From Patescibacteria group bacterium (GTDB lineage: Bacteria; Patescibacteriota; Patescibacteriia; Magasanikbacterales; GWA2-37-8), in contig JBAZUP010000001.1 in assembly GCA_041661385.1 (NCBI GenBank), positions 640,907-704,906 of the forward strand: a DNA stretch of 64,000 bases, read 5' to 3'. Positions 38,590 through 48,404 of the stretch are shown piece after piece (position 1 is the first letter of the stretch; every line of letters starts with the position of its first letter). Below the pieces are notes generated by a model. The model ran no database searches and was not told the DNA's origin. It saw only the letters and a list, made by a program, of their open reading frames with translations. Made by a program: the position numbers and the translations under genes.

Positions 38590-39205
38590 TATTGCTATTC
38601 TTCACAACTTCTTTTACCAATTTTGTTCGCGCAAAACATCCATCTCGTTGTCGCCCGCCTGCAACGCTATGCGTAGCATTGCGGGCAGGCTCAATCAATT
38701 ATTCATTTACCTTAATTTATATTTCCTTAGCCCTCGCCGGGCTGGCGATACTTTCATAACTGAAAGTATCCAAAGGTTTTGGGGAGATCGTCGATATAAC
38801 CACTCATTCGCGAGAACTCGGGATATCGACTTCCCCAAACCCCCATTGGTTGGCCAGTTACCAACTGGCTTCCGAGCCTTTGTGTAACGAGAGCGAAATG
38901 GCCGGCGAAATTAGATTTTTTCAATGTGATTATGCGCTTTTGAAAAAATCGTTTTGATTTCACCGTGACATTTGCCGAGTGGAACAACTGCGAGGCAATT
39001 TTGGGGGCACACCTTTTGTTGCCAAAAGGGGTGCAAAAGAGTTTTGATTGAGTGATAGCTAGGTTGAAATAAATAAAAAATCGACCGCCTGTGGCGGTCG
39101 AACTGGGGATAACTCTGTGTATAAGATGACACTATTGTGGATGTTTGTATACGTTATCCTATACAAATATTTTTTAAAATTTATGAATTTAAAATGTTTC
39201 ACATG
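38590..39205. other. ~600-bp hairpin-rich non-coding tract (candidate structured ncRNA; identity unknown)
   Basis: Successive stem-loops include gatactttca-taact-gaaagtatc (38738-38765), an imperfect long hairpin ggggagatcgtcgatat...atatcgacttcccc, gccagtt-acc-aactggc, and tcgaccgcc-tgt-ggcggtcga (39085-39107). Only short overlapping ORFs without RBS. Confidence 0.3.
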
Positions 39206-39208
39206 AAA

Positions 39209-39847
39209 CTATCCTTTAATCATGGTAGAAATACTGCTCGCTATATCACTATTTTGTACAACTGTTATATGCGGTGTCGTAGAAATAGGTATGATTGCTA
39301 TTTTATCCAACCATAAAATGAAGTAACAGTTGATAGAGCGCCTTGGGTGAATAAAAACCCTAGTTAATTTATCGTCTGTGTTTTTAATATTATCAAAAAA
39401 GACTTTGATCATCTCTGGGTCCCCTGGCTTAGATCCATAAAAAGTTAGGTTGTCTGTATTCAATAACTTTGTTAGCAGCTCAGAGATGCTTGCCTCTGTA
39501 CTATAAAATGTAACCTGAGGCTTTAAGGAGCCTCGATTGTAGACGGCTTCAAGTTCCGGCATTACTGCTTTTGCTATTCTTGACTTTGATTCGATATAAT
39601 CATCAATTGCAAACAGCTCAGTTGCTGCAAAGGCAACCTTATTACCAAGAACTTGCTTACTAATGAGTCCTTTTTGAAGAAGCTGCCTTATTACATAGTA
39701 ACAATTTGATCTAGCAATTTTTGTTCCATGTGAAACATTTATTACCGTAGATATACCATTTCTGAGTAAATACAGATAAACCACAACCTCTGATTTGTGA
39801 AGTCCAAGTTCTCGTAAGGAAGAATTGAGGGACATATGTAATGTCAA
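39209..39847 (-). CDS. TrmB-family-like HTH transcriptional regulator
   Basis: N-terminus LRELGLHKSEVVVYLYLLRNGISTVINVSHGTKIARSNCYYVIRQLLQKGLI resembles TrmB winged-helix; C-terminal sensor-like domain. Confidence 0.5.
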   Translation of the reverse strand: MTLHMSLNSSLRELGLHKSEVVVYLYLLRNGISTVINVSHGTKIARSNCYYVIRQLLQKGLISKQVLGNKVAFAATELFAIDDYIESKSRIAKAVMPELEAVYNRGSLKPQVTFYSTEASISELLTKLLNTDNLTFYGSKPGDPEMIKVFFDNIKNTDDKLTRVFIHPRRSINCYFILWLDKIAIIPISTTPHITVVQNSDIASSISTMIKG

Positions 39848-39928
39848 AAATATTTATACTTAATTATATACTATAATAAGCAAAAAATAATGTCAAATGC
39901 ATGTAAATGTCTAAAATTTCTATATAAA

Positions 39929-39984
39929 ATATACAAAATTTGTATACAATAGTCTATACAAGTTATCCACAATGACTATAGTCA
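39929..39984. promoter_or_regulatory. cluster of palindromes in divergent promoter region (operator candidates)
   Basis: atacaaa-a-tttgtat (39931-39945), tgtataca (39941-39948), tatacaagttatcc, tgactatagtca (39973-39984); related TTTGTATA-cgttatcc-TATACAAA at 39144-39167 on the other side of the regulator gene. Confidence 0.35.
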
Positions 39985-39998
39985 CGATGTAGTAAAAC

Positions 39999-42900
39999 AT
40001 GTATAATTTAAACGTTAATGTTCTTATGGTGCTTGTCGAGAACATCGCTAAAAAATCCAAGAGACTTGGCAACTGTTTATATAGCCGAGGAGTTTTAATT
40101 TTAACATTGTCGCTATTTGCGGCAATTTTTATTTTTTCCATTAAAACTACCGCCGCAACACCGCCTCCATTCATTACTTATCAAGGACGGCTTTATGTTG
40201 GCACTGCTCCGGCGACCACTACTTTGAATATAAGTTTTACAATGTTTGATGCGCCGACTGCCGGTACGGCAATTTATACCGCATCAGGAACGGTGGGGGT
40301 TCCTGCGGCAGTAAGTACCACACCAGTAAACGGATTATTTACCGTGTATCTAGGTGACACCGGAACAAACGCTCTTGATCCAACTTTGTTTCAGAACAAC
40401 AGCAGTGTTTATTTGGAAGTAGTCGTAAATGGTGAAACATTATTGCCTCGTAAAAGAATTATTTCAACTCCGTTTGCATTTAACGCAAAATATTTAGATG
40501 GTATTGGCGCGACGAGCGCCGCTTCAACTTCTGCCTACATTCCAGTTTCAGATTCAAGCGGAAATTTTAATTTAAATAAAGTTACTTCAACTGGTTTAAA
40601 TGTAACCGGTCAGTCTTCGTTTGCCACCTCAACATTTACCTCAACGACAGTCGCAAACGGAAATATCACAAATTTAATTGCGGGTTCAATTACAACAACA
40701 AATTTTAACACAGTATCTTTTGGCAGTACCAACGCAACTTTTACAAATGTTACTTCAACTAATATTTCTGGTACAAATGCTAACTTAGTTAGTTTGACTT
40801 CGACAAACCAGTTTGCAATTGGCTTAGCCGCGACAAACTTTAATAGTGTCAACGCCACTTCGACTAATAGTTATTCTTCAAATTTTGGTGCGTTAAATTT
40901 GGTCGCTACAAATGTAACCTCAACCAATATTTTTTCTTCGGGCCTGTCATTTACAAACTTAAGCGGCACATCGGCAAATGTAACCAACGTAACAACAACA
41001 AACTTTTTTTCCTCTTCACTAGTTGTAACAAATGGAACAATTACAGATTTTAATTCGACAAACGCTTCTACTACAAATCTATATGTTTCGGGGCTTGTGA
41101 ACTTGCCCGCGAATTCAGTGACAGATGCCATGATTTTTTCGGCAACAACTTGGAACGCAAAACTCGGCCCCAGTTATCCAGCCCTCGCCACCTCATCATT
41201 CTTATATATCGGTTATCAAGCGCTTGCTTCTTCGACTTATTTAACAAACTCCTATTCTGCGCTTGCAACTTCATCGTTCCTCGGTGTTAGTTATCCAGCC
41301 CTTGCTACATCGACATTTTTAACAATTGCCAATTCTACCTCTCTTGCTTATCTTGGACAAAATTATCCGTCGCTTGCTAGCTCAACATTTTTAAATCAAA
41401 ACTATACCGCAATAGCGACTACGACTTTTGTTTCTTATGCTGGAGCAAATAGTAATGTTGATCTTGGCAGTCATGGCATTACTTTTTTAAATGCAACGGG
41501 TACCTCACTTACCTCAACAAATATTTCCGGCACTAATGGTATTTTCGCGAACCTTACTTCAACCAATTCATACATTAGCAATCTTTCAGTTGGGAATTGT
41601 GTCGGCTGTTCTGGTGGTGGGGGCGGAGGCGCGGTGAATACTTCTACTGGGAACTATTTTTCTTATTATTTAAATAGTACCTCCGTTACGGGTACGCCAT
41701 TTATGGTTTTAAGCGGGAGCACAATTGCCATATCCGGCGGTTTAGATGTTACAGGTATTTCTTCTCTTGCTACGACCACCATCACGTCATCAACTATTTC
41801 ATATTTAAACGCAACCAACGTTACTTCGACGTATGCAACTATTACAAATGCCACGTTAACAAATTTAGCTTCTCTAAATCTTTCAGCTACAAATATCGCG
41901 GCAACAAATATTCAATCTACGAATGCAACATCCACCAATCTTGGTATATTGGGGTTGTTTAGTTATGCAAATGCTAGCGGTGTGTCGCTTACCTCGACAA
42001 ATTTATACACTCCAGGACTCTCTTTTACAAACGCAACCGGTACTAATCTATATTTATCAGGACCTGGCAACTCTTTAAATATAGCGAACAATGCAAACAT
42101 TAACGGAACTCTTAGCGTCGGCACAGTTTCTTCTACTAATTATATTGGCAATGCTCAAAATTTATCATTAGCACGTATTGGACAATCAACCTACTCAACA
42201 ATTCAACATTTACAAGATATATTTCATTCTTCCGGTTGGGTAGCCGGCGGCGTAATTGCTGATATTGGAGCCGGTAATGTTAGTGTAGCGGGTGGAACCG
42301 GTTTAATAAGAGGGCAAAATCAAGCAACAACAACTCTGTATTATTTCGATTGGACAGCTTCTTCTAGTATTACAATCGCTGTAAATACAATTCGATATTT
42401 GGGTGTTGAATATAATGGCGGTTCACCGCAAGTGGCACTAAGAACAACTGGAAATTGGAATTATAAAACAGATTTTCCACTTGGTAGAGTTGTAAATGAA
42501 AATGGCACGCTATATATTTCAAATGATGTTCAGGGGGTCGGAGATCATGCCGCCAATATGATTTTAAGAGAGTATGAAACTATGCCGCTCGCGCGTGACG
42601 AAAGAAATGGCGGTCTAATGTTGGGTGAAACCGGAACAAGAAATATTACAATGACAGCGGGTGCTCTTTGGGATCGCTTAAATCGATATCCAATTTCAGC
42701 AATTAATACTGGTGTTAGTGGAAATTTTGATATTTATGTCGGAGCAACGCTAAGCTCTTCCACGCAAACACAATGGCCAAATGCTTATTTTGATAATGCA
42801 GGCGTGCGCACAGTAATGACGAATAATCGTTATGCAAACTTATGGTTTTTCGTTGAGATGGACGGACGGTTGGTAATGGTATATGGAACAAATCAATATT

Positions 42901-45900
42901 CATCAGCAGCCGCTGCGCAGGCTGAAACCATGCCAGTCACTCTTCCGGACCGATTAATTTCCGACGGAAAATTAATTGGTAGAATAGTGTTTTTAAAAAA
43001 TGCCGCTACCGCAACGACAGTTGACTCTGCATTTGATATGGCGTTATCTGTTTCGCAGGCAACGAACCACGCCAATTTGTCGAATCTAGACTATGCTTCA
43101 TCGAATCATACTGGTTTTCAGGCCGCGATTACTACCGGTAACACTGCTCAATATTTCCGCGGTGATTTATCTTTAGCAACTTTAAATCAGGCAGCTATCG
43201 CTGGACTTACAATAACCGACAGTCCGACATTTTTTGGAGTTAGTACTACAAACGCAACAACAACAAACTTTCTGACCACCAATGCAACCTCCACCAATCT
43301 TAATATATTAGGATTGTTTAGTTATGCAAATGCGAATGGTACTTCACTTACCTCGACCAATTTATACACTCCAGGACTTTCTTTTGTGAATGCAAACGGC
43401 ACCTCACTTACCTCGACCAATATATTTACGAGTTTATTTAATGCAACAAACGGAAACTTTACAAATGTTACTACCACTAATCTCTCAGTCGCAACTAGGC
43501 TTTCTTTTGTAAACGCAACTGGTACGAATATTACTTCAACTAATATTTATAATAGTAACCGTTTCGTTTCAATGGGCGATGTAATGATCGGAACTACAAC
43601 ACCGGGCCGGTCACTCGTAGTTTCTAAAGATCAGGCGAACCCTACCGGAATTAATATTTCAAATAAAACTAATGGCGCGGCGTCTAATGCCGGATTATTT
43701 CTTTCAAATGACACTGGTAATGATGACGGTCAATTATTTAAATACGCATCTGGCAATATTGGTTATAAAACTTTAGCTGGTAGCGATCTAGGTTTTTATA
43801 ATGCCGTCGGAGGTAATATTTCGATCTTGAATGATTATGCTTCGGGAAATATAAATTTTGCCGCCGGAGCTGTATCATCGCCACAGCTTATTATTTTACC
43901 AACGGGATTGGTTGGTATTGGTACTGCGGCACCTTCCTCAACACTTCATGTTGTTGGTAATGGTATATTTAGCGGAATATTAACTTCAACAAGTTTTGTT
44001 GCAACCAGGGCGACTACTACCAATCTTGCTGTTACTACCGGGCTTTCATTACCAAACACCAGTGTTACCGATGCCATGATTTCTTCGGCAGCTACCTGGA
44101 ACGCCAAACTCGACTCAAGCTATTCGGCGCTTGCAACTTCTACGTTTCTTAATCAAAGCTATACCGCACTCGCTACCTCAACTTTTCTTTCACTCACCGG
44201 TGGCACGCTGACGGGTGGTTTAAACTTTACTAATGCGACCGGTACCAATCTCAATCTCACCGGCCTATTTAATTTCGTTAATGCAACTGGCACTTCTATC
44301 ACTTCCACCAACGCCACCTTCTCAAGTTCGATTAAGCTTTCATATATAGCAAGCTGTAATGCAAGCAATCAGGCGCTCCAAACTGCTGCTGATGGTTCGG
44401 TATCTTGTGGCACGCTGACTGTTGGCGGTGGGGGTGGCGGAGGAGTAAACACTTCCACGGCCGGATATTTTACTTATTATTCAGGTGCAACTTCGGTCAC
44501 GGGTACTCCATATATGAGTAACGTTGGAAATACTATTGCTTTCACTACTAATACTTCTTTCACCACTTCATCATTTTCTGGTTCGATTGGTGTCGGCACT
44601 ACTAATCCGACATCCAAACTCCATGTATATGATGGAACTTTGTCAGTAGATAATCCGGTTCATCCGAGATTAATTACAACGTATTCCGAAGGGACAATTA
44701 GTGACGCTACTCATCTTATTGTGTCTGGAAAATATGCCTATATAACCGATTATAATAATAATTCACTAACTATAATGGATATTTCTAATCCTGCTTCAAT
44801 GCAGCTAGTTGGCAGAACAGCGAGCGCGTCAAAATTATTAAACGCGAATTATGTTTATGTGGCAGGAAAATATGCTTATGTCGTAGCCTATGGTGTAAAT
44901 GGTCTTGCTGTCGTTGATGTCTCAGATCCGGGCGCACCTACAACCTCAGGTTTTGTAAGCGACCCTACATTACTAAGTCAGCCAGATAAAGTTTATGTTT
45001 CAGGAAGATATGCTTATGTGTCTTCTAACGGCAATAATGGATTAACGATAGTTGATATTTCAAATCCAAAAAAACCGACTATTGCTGGATCGATATCAGA
45101 TGCAACAAATTTGGGGGGAATATCTGGTGTTTATGTGGTTGGTCATTATGCCTATGTGACTTTTGGTTGGGCACCTGGAGGCATGTCCATTATTGATGTT
45201 GCAAATCCGGCTAGTCCGGTAGTGGTCGGTCATACTGAACATCCATACTATTTCAAAGGGCCGTTTTCTATTTATGTTTCGGGCAAGTATGCGTATGTTA
45301 CAACTAAAGACAGTAACGGTCTTGCAGTAGTTAATATTTCTAGTTCGACCGCTCCAACTACGACCGGATTTACTTCATCGACTTATTTAAAGGCTGCGGT
45401 AGATGTCCAGGTTTCTGGAAATTATGCTTATGTTGGAAGTTATGGGGTAGTGGGTGGGGGTATTGCTGTCGTTGATGTCTCCAATCCGGCTGCACCGACC
45501 ACGACCGGAGGGTATACGAGTGCTAGTGTTGGAAATTTGAATTCAATATCTGTTTCGGGTAAGTATGCTTATGTTGTAGCTAGGTGGAGTAATTGGATTT
45601 CATCTTTTGATCTAGAGGGTGCAAATATTTCTACCGCCAATATTGGCAATGTTGCGGCAAGTGATTTGACGGTTTGGGAAAACGCAGAAATCGGAAATAA
45701 TTTGTATGTCGGAAGTGGGTTGAATGTGGGTCTGAACGGAATTAGTACGATGGGACAATTAAACGTGTTTTCTACTACCACCCTACTCGGACAAGTAAAA
45801 ATTGGCACCACGACCGCGCTTTCTACTGCGATGCTTCATGTTGATGCTGGTACCTCCACCGCCTATGGTCTTGCGATAAATGGTTTTGCTCGCGCAACGG

Positions 45901-46883
45901 GTGGATTTTTCGCAAGCACTTCCCTTGATCTTGCGGAACGCTACCCGGTTGATCCGAACTGCGAAGCAAATGGCAATTGCCCGACTGCGGGGGATGTTAT
46001 TTGTCAGGTGGAAAACACTTCTTCATTATATATAGAAAAATGTTCAGTAACATCGAGCCCAATGGCGCTCGGTATAGTTTCAACCGATCCTGGGTTCGTT
46101 CTCGAAGGAGGATTTGCCGAAAGCAACTCGCGCAAAATTGCTCTCGCTGGTCGTGTGCCGGTTAGGGTTTCTACTGCTAATGGGAATATTAAACCCGGAG
46201 ACTTGCTCGCGCCATCGGGTATTTCCGGTATCGCAATAAAAGCTACTGAACCGGGAGTTACTGTCGGTAGAGCACTTGAAAACTATAATCAAAGCACCGT
46301 AAACGGATTTATAATTGCCTATGTTCAGTTGGGTTGGAATCATGTTGAAAACAAAACTATAAATAACTCAGCTTCATCTACTAGCACAATTTCTTCTTCA
46401 CTTTTCGAAAGTATTATTGATGCCTTCAGACAATTTGGAATAATTATTGAGCAGGGAATATTGCGAGTAACTAATTTCTTTGCAAATAAAGTTACCACCG
46501 ACGAATTATGTGTTGGCAACACTTGTGTTAATGAAACGCAATTGATTGAGTTGTTAAACAAGAACAACATGACACCAACTGCACCGGCACCGGCAGTTAC
46601 CCCAGTAGTTGACACAAGTACGCCAGCAGAAACCACCAGTTCAACCGCGCCGGTTATTGATACAACAACCGTAATTAATTCATCGACCACTACCCAACCG
46701 ACAGATACAGCGACAGATACAGGAACAACGCAGCCTGTTGACCCAGTGGTAACACCGCCAGCAGAAACCGTTTCTCCACCATCAACGGAAACAACTCCAG
46801 TCGTTCCGATTGAAACAGCGCCGACTCCAGTCATCGATGTTGCTCCAGCTCCATCAAGTGAACCCGCACCGGCCGCCCTGTAA
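39999..46883 (+). CDS. giant cell-surface fibre/adhesin-like protein (2294 aa): N-terminal TM, tail-fibre-like Ser/Thr/Asn repeats, eight LVIVD beta-propeller repeats, Pro/Thr-rich C-terminus
   Basis: N-terminal hydrophobic anchor, then a conserved beta-domain (ITYQGRLY...LPRKRIISTPFAFNAKYLDG). Long TSTN-type pseudo-repeats with an internal ~110-nt near-identical duplication (~41930 vs ~43290). Repeated GKYAYV..GL.VVDVS.P units (LVIVD repeats) 44650-45600. Start could be Met at 40026. Confidence 0.75.
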   Translation: MYNLNVNVLMVLVENIAKKSKRLGNCLYSRGVLILTLSLFAAIFIFSIKTTAATPPPFITYQGRLYVGTAPATTTLNISFTMFDAPTAGTAIYTASGTVGVPAAVSTTPVNGLFTVYLGDTGTNALDPTLFQNNSSVYLEVVVNGETLLPRKRIISTPFAFNAKYLDGIGATSAASTSAYIPVSDSSGNFNLNKVTSTGLNVTGQSSFATSTFTSTTVANGNITNLIAGSITTTNFNTVSFGSTNATFTNVTSTNISGTNANLVSLTSTNQFAIGLAATNFNSVNATSTNSYSSNFGALNLVATNVTSTNIFSSGLSFTNLSGTSANVTNVTTTNFFSSSLVVTNGTITDFNSTNASTTNLYVSGLVNLPANSVTDAMIFSATTWNAKLGPSYPALATSSFLYIGYQALASSTYLTNSYSALATSSFLGVSYPALATSTFLTIANSTSLAYLGQNYPSLASSTFLNQNYTAIATTTFVSYAGANSNVDLGSHGITFLNATGTSLTSTNISGTNGIFANLTSTNSYISNLSVGNCVGCSGGGGGGAVNTSTGNYFSYYLNSTSVTGTPFMVLSGSTIAISGGLDVTGISSLATTTITSSTISYLNATNVTSTYATITNATLTNLASLNLSATNIAATNIQSTNATSTNLGILGLFSYANASGVSLTSTNLYTPGLSFTNATGTNLYLSGPGNSLNIANNANINGTLSVGTVSSTNYIGNAQNLSLARIGQSTYSTIQHLQDIFHSSGWVAGGVIADIGAGNVSVAGGTGLIRGQNQATTTLYYFDWTASSSITIAVNTIRYLGVEYNGGSPQVALRTTGNWNYKTDFPLGRVVNENGTLYISNDVQGVGDHAANMILREYETMPLARDERNGGLMLGETGTRNITMTAGALWDRLNRYPISAINTGVSGNFDIYVGATLSSSTQTQWPNAYFDNAGVRTVMTNNRYANLWFFVEMDGRLVMVYGTNQYSSAAAAQAETMPVTLPDRLISDGKLIGRIVFLKNAATATTVDSAFDMALSVSQATNHANLSNLDYASSNHTGFQAAITTGNTAQYFRGDLSLATLNQAAIAGLTITDSPTFFGVSTTNATTTNFLTTNATSTNLNILGLFSYANANGTSLTSTNLYTPGLSFVNANGTSLTSTNIFTSLFNATNGNFTNVTTTNLSVATRLSFVNATGTNITSTNIYNSNRFVSMGDVMIGTTTPGRSLVVSKDQANPTGINISNKTNGAASNAGLFLSNDTGNDDGQLFKYASGNIGYKTLAGSDLGFYNAVGGNISILNDYASGNINFAAGAVSSPQLIILPTGLVGIGTAAPSSTLHVVGNGIFSGILTSTSFVATRATTTNLAVTTGLSLPNTSVTDAMISSAATWNAKLDSSYSALATSTFLNQSYTALATSTFLSLTGGTLTGGLNFTNATGTNLNLTGLFNFVNATGTSITSTNATFSSSIKLSYIASCNASNQALQTAADGSVSCGTLTVGGGGGGGVNTSTAGYFTYYSGATSVTGTPYMSNVGNTIAFTTNTSFTTSSFSGSIGVGTTNPTSKLHVYDGTLSVDNPVHPRLITTYSEGTISDATHLIVSGKYAYITDYNNNSLTIMDISNPASMQLVGRTASASKLLNANYVYVAGKYAYVVAYGVNGLAVVDVSDPGAPTTSGFVSDPTLLSQPDKVYVSGRYAYVSSNGNNGLTIVDISNPKKPTIAGSISDATNLGGISGVYVVGHYAYVTFGWAPGGMSIIDVANPASPVVVGHTEHPYYFKGPFSIYVSGKYAYVTTKDSNGLAVVNISSSTAPTTTGFTSSTYLKAAVDVQVSGNYAYVGSYGVVGGGIAVVDVSNPAAPTTTGGYTSASVGNLNSISVSGKYAYVVARWSNWISSFDLEGANISTANIGNVAASDLTVWENAEIGNNLYVGSGLNVGLNGISTMGQLNVFSTTTLLGQVKIGTTTALSTAMLHVDAGTSTAYGLAINGFARATGGFFASTSLDLAERYPVDPNCEANGNCPTAGDVICQVENTSSLYIEKCSVTSSPMALGIVSTDPGFVLEGGFAESNSRKIALAGRVPVRVSTANGNIKPGDLLAPSGISGIAIKATEPGVTVGRALENYNQSTVNGFIIAYVQLGWNHVENKTINNSASSTSTISSSLFESIIDAFRQFGIIIEQGILRVTNFFANKVTTDELCVGNTCVNETQLIELLNKNNMTPTAPAPAVTPVVDTSTPAETTSSTAPVIDTTTVINSSTTTQPTDTATDTGTTQPVDPVVTPPAETVSPPSTETTPVVPIETAPTPVIDVAPAPSSEPAPAAL

Positions 46884-46912
46884 ACTCACGAAGAAGTTGA
46901 ATAATTGATGTT

Positions 46913-47539
46913 ATGATTAAAAAAATAATAATTTTATCTTCGTTTTTAACACTGTTTATTCCACAGTTGGTTTTTGGTGTCATGACCTCAACAAATTATA
47001 GTATTATTTTCGATTCAGTTGGGCTTGCGGGCGGCGACAATCTTACTTCAACCTCATATTCACTTAGTGAAACAATCGGCGAAACACCAGTGCTTACTAG
47101 CTCAAGCACTACTTATCAGATTCAGGGTGGTTATCAGGCTTCAATTTTTGGCTCCTTAGGCATTTCACTCAATACCAATTCTTTAAATCTTGGGACGCTT
47201 TCAGACACTGCTGTAAATAGCGCTACGGCGATTGCGACAGTAACAAGTGAATCTGCCGGTTATTTACTTACTGTTAATAGTGCGACCGGCGTAATGCCGG
47301 CCGCGGTTGTTGGCGGCACAGTGACTGCCGGTACCGAAGGATACGGCTTTAGCGCAAGTGGTCCGAATAGCGCGATAGTTGGAGATGTGCCGGTCGTGGG
47401 TGGAACAATCATCGCCTCAACCACGGCTCAAGTAATTAACGATCAAAACACTTTGACATTTAAGGCAGCCGCGAGCAGCACTAGTGTTGCCGGTACTTAT
47501 AGTCAATCTGTTGATTTAGTCGTATCTCCAAATTATTAA
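46913..47539 (+). CDS. secreted hypothetical protein
   Basis: 208 aa, signal peptide MIKKIIILSSFLTLFIPQLVFG; Ser/Thr/Gly-rich. Confidence 0.5.
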   Translation: MIKKIIILSSFLTLFIPQLVFGVMTSTNYSIIFDSVGLAGGDNLTSTSYSLSETIGETPVLTSSSTTYQIQGGYQASIFGSLGISLNTNSLNLGTLSDTAVNSATAIATVTSESAGYLLTVNSATGVMPAAVVGGTVTAGTEGYGFSASGPNSAIVGDVPVVGGTIIASTTAQVINDQNTLTFKAAASSTSVAGTYSQSVDLVVSPNY

Positions 47540-47540
47540 T

Positions 47541-48404
47541 ATGAAAAAATTATACACGATAATATTTTCTACGTTGCTTGCCCTACTCGTTGTGACTGGG
47601 GTGGCTGCTTTTTCAGTTAGTCCAATTGGTTTTAAAACTACCATTGAGCCGGGCGGTAAGCAAAACTTTAGTATTCAAGTAAATAATAATGAAAAAGGAA
47701 AACATAAATATAGTGTAAATATTAATTCAATTCGAAACACTGAAGAAGGAAAAAGATATTATGAATCAGGAGCTGATCCCGCAGAATTTTGGGCGAAAGC
47801 CGAACCACAAAAATTTAGCTTGTCATCGGGCGAGAGTCAAACGGTAATCATTACTTTTAATATACCAGCTGGTACCGCGCCGGGTTCGCACCATTTGGCA
47901 ATAATGGTTGCTTCGGAAAGTTTGTCGCGAGGAGAAATCGGCCTCACCGCGCGCAGTGCGATTCCAATAAGTTTGACGGTGGCGGGCAACGTGACTGAAA
48001 AACTGGTTTTAAAAAAATTCGAGCCGGTTGATAAATATACCGGTAAAATAATTTGGCCATTTAATATCGAGATATATAACGAAGGAACGATGGAGGTTCA
48101 GTCTGCTGGTTGGATGCAAATAAAAAACATGTTTGGCAAAGAAATATTAAGTCAGCCGGTTGTGCTTGGTAATGCAATTTATCCTCAAAGCTTAAGACGA
48201 CTGCAGCAAAATATTGAAATGCCGCCCGGGATGTGGCCCGGCAAATATACTGCAAAACTTGCAGTGCAGTTTGGCGCCTCTAAAACATCCATTGCGGCAG
48301 AAACTGTAATATGGTTTTTTCCGGTTTGGCTATGCGGAGTAGGATTTGTCTTGGTAACTATTTTAATTATTTGGTTGTGGAAAAGAAGAAGCATTTCTTC
48401 CTGA
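47541..48404 (+). CDS. cell-surface protein with N-terminal signal peptide and C-terminal TM anchor (DUF916-like)
   Basis: 287 aa; FSVSPIGFKTTIEPGGKQNFSIQVNNNEK resembles DUF916 N-terminus; C-terminal FFPVWLCGVGFVLVTILIIWLWKRR. Confidence 0.45.
   Translation: MKKLYTIIFSTLLALLVVTGVAAFSVSPIGFKTTIEPGGKQNFSIQVNNNEKGKHKYSVNINSIRNTEEGKRYYESGADPAEFWAKAEPQKFSLSSGESQTVIITFNIPAGTAPGSHHLAIMVASESLSRGEIGLTARSAIPISLTVAGNVTEKLVLKKFEPVDKYTGKIIWPFNIEIYNEGTMEVQSAGWMQIKNMFGKEILSQPVVLGNAIYPQSLRRLQQNIEMPPGMWPGKYTAKLAVQFGASKTSIAAETVIWFFPVWLCGVGFVLVTILIIWLWKRRSISS

Noticed and set aside
38590-39205. tmRNA or RNase P RNA in the 600-bp structured tract
   Set aside because: No 5' GGGG ... 3' GGTTCGA-TCC...CCACCA tRNA-like ends and no GGAAAGTCCGG / ACAGAAACGG RNase P motifs could be found by eye on either strand. 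Kept only as an unidentified ncRNA candidate.
40610-46834. Multiple minus-strand ORFs (60-164 aa) inside the giant gene
   Set aside because: Antisense to a repeat-rich, compositionally biased coding sequence; low-complexity translations; no independent support.
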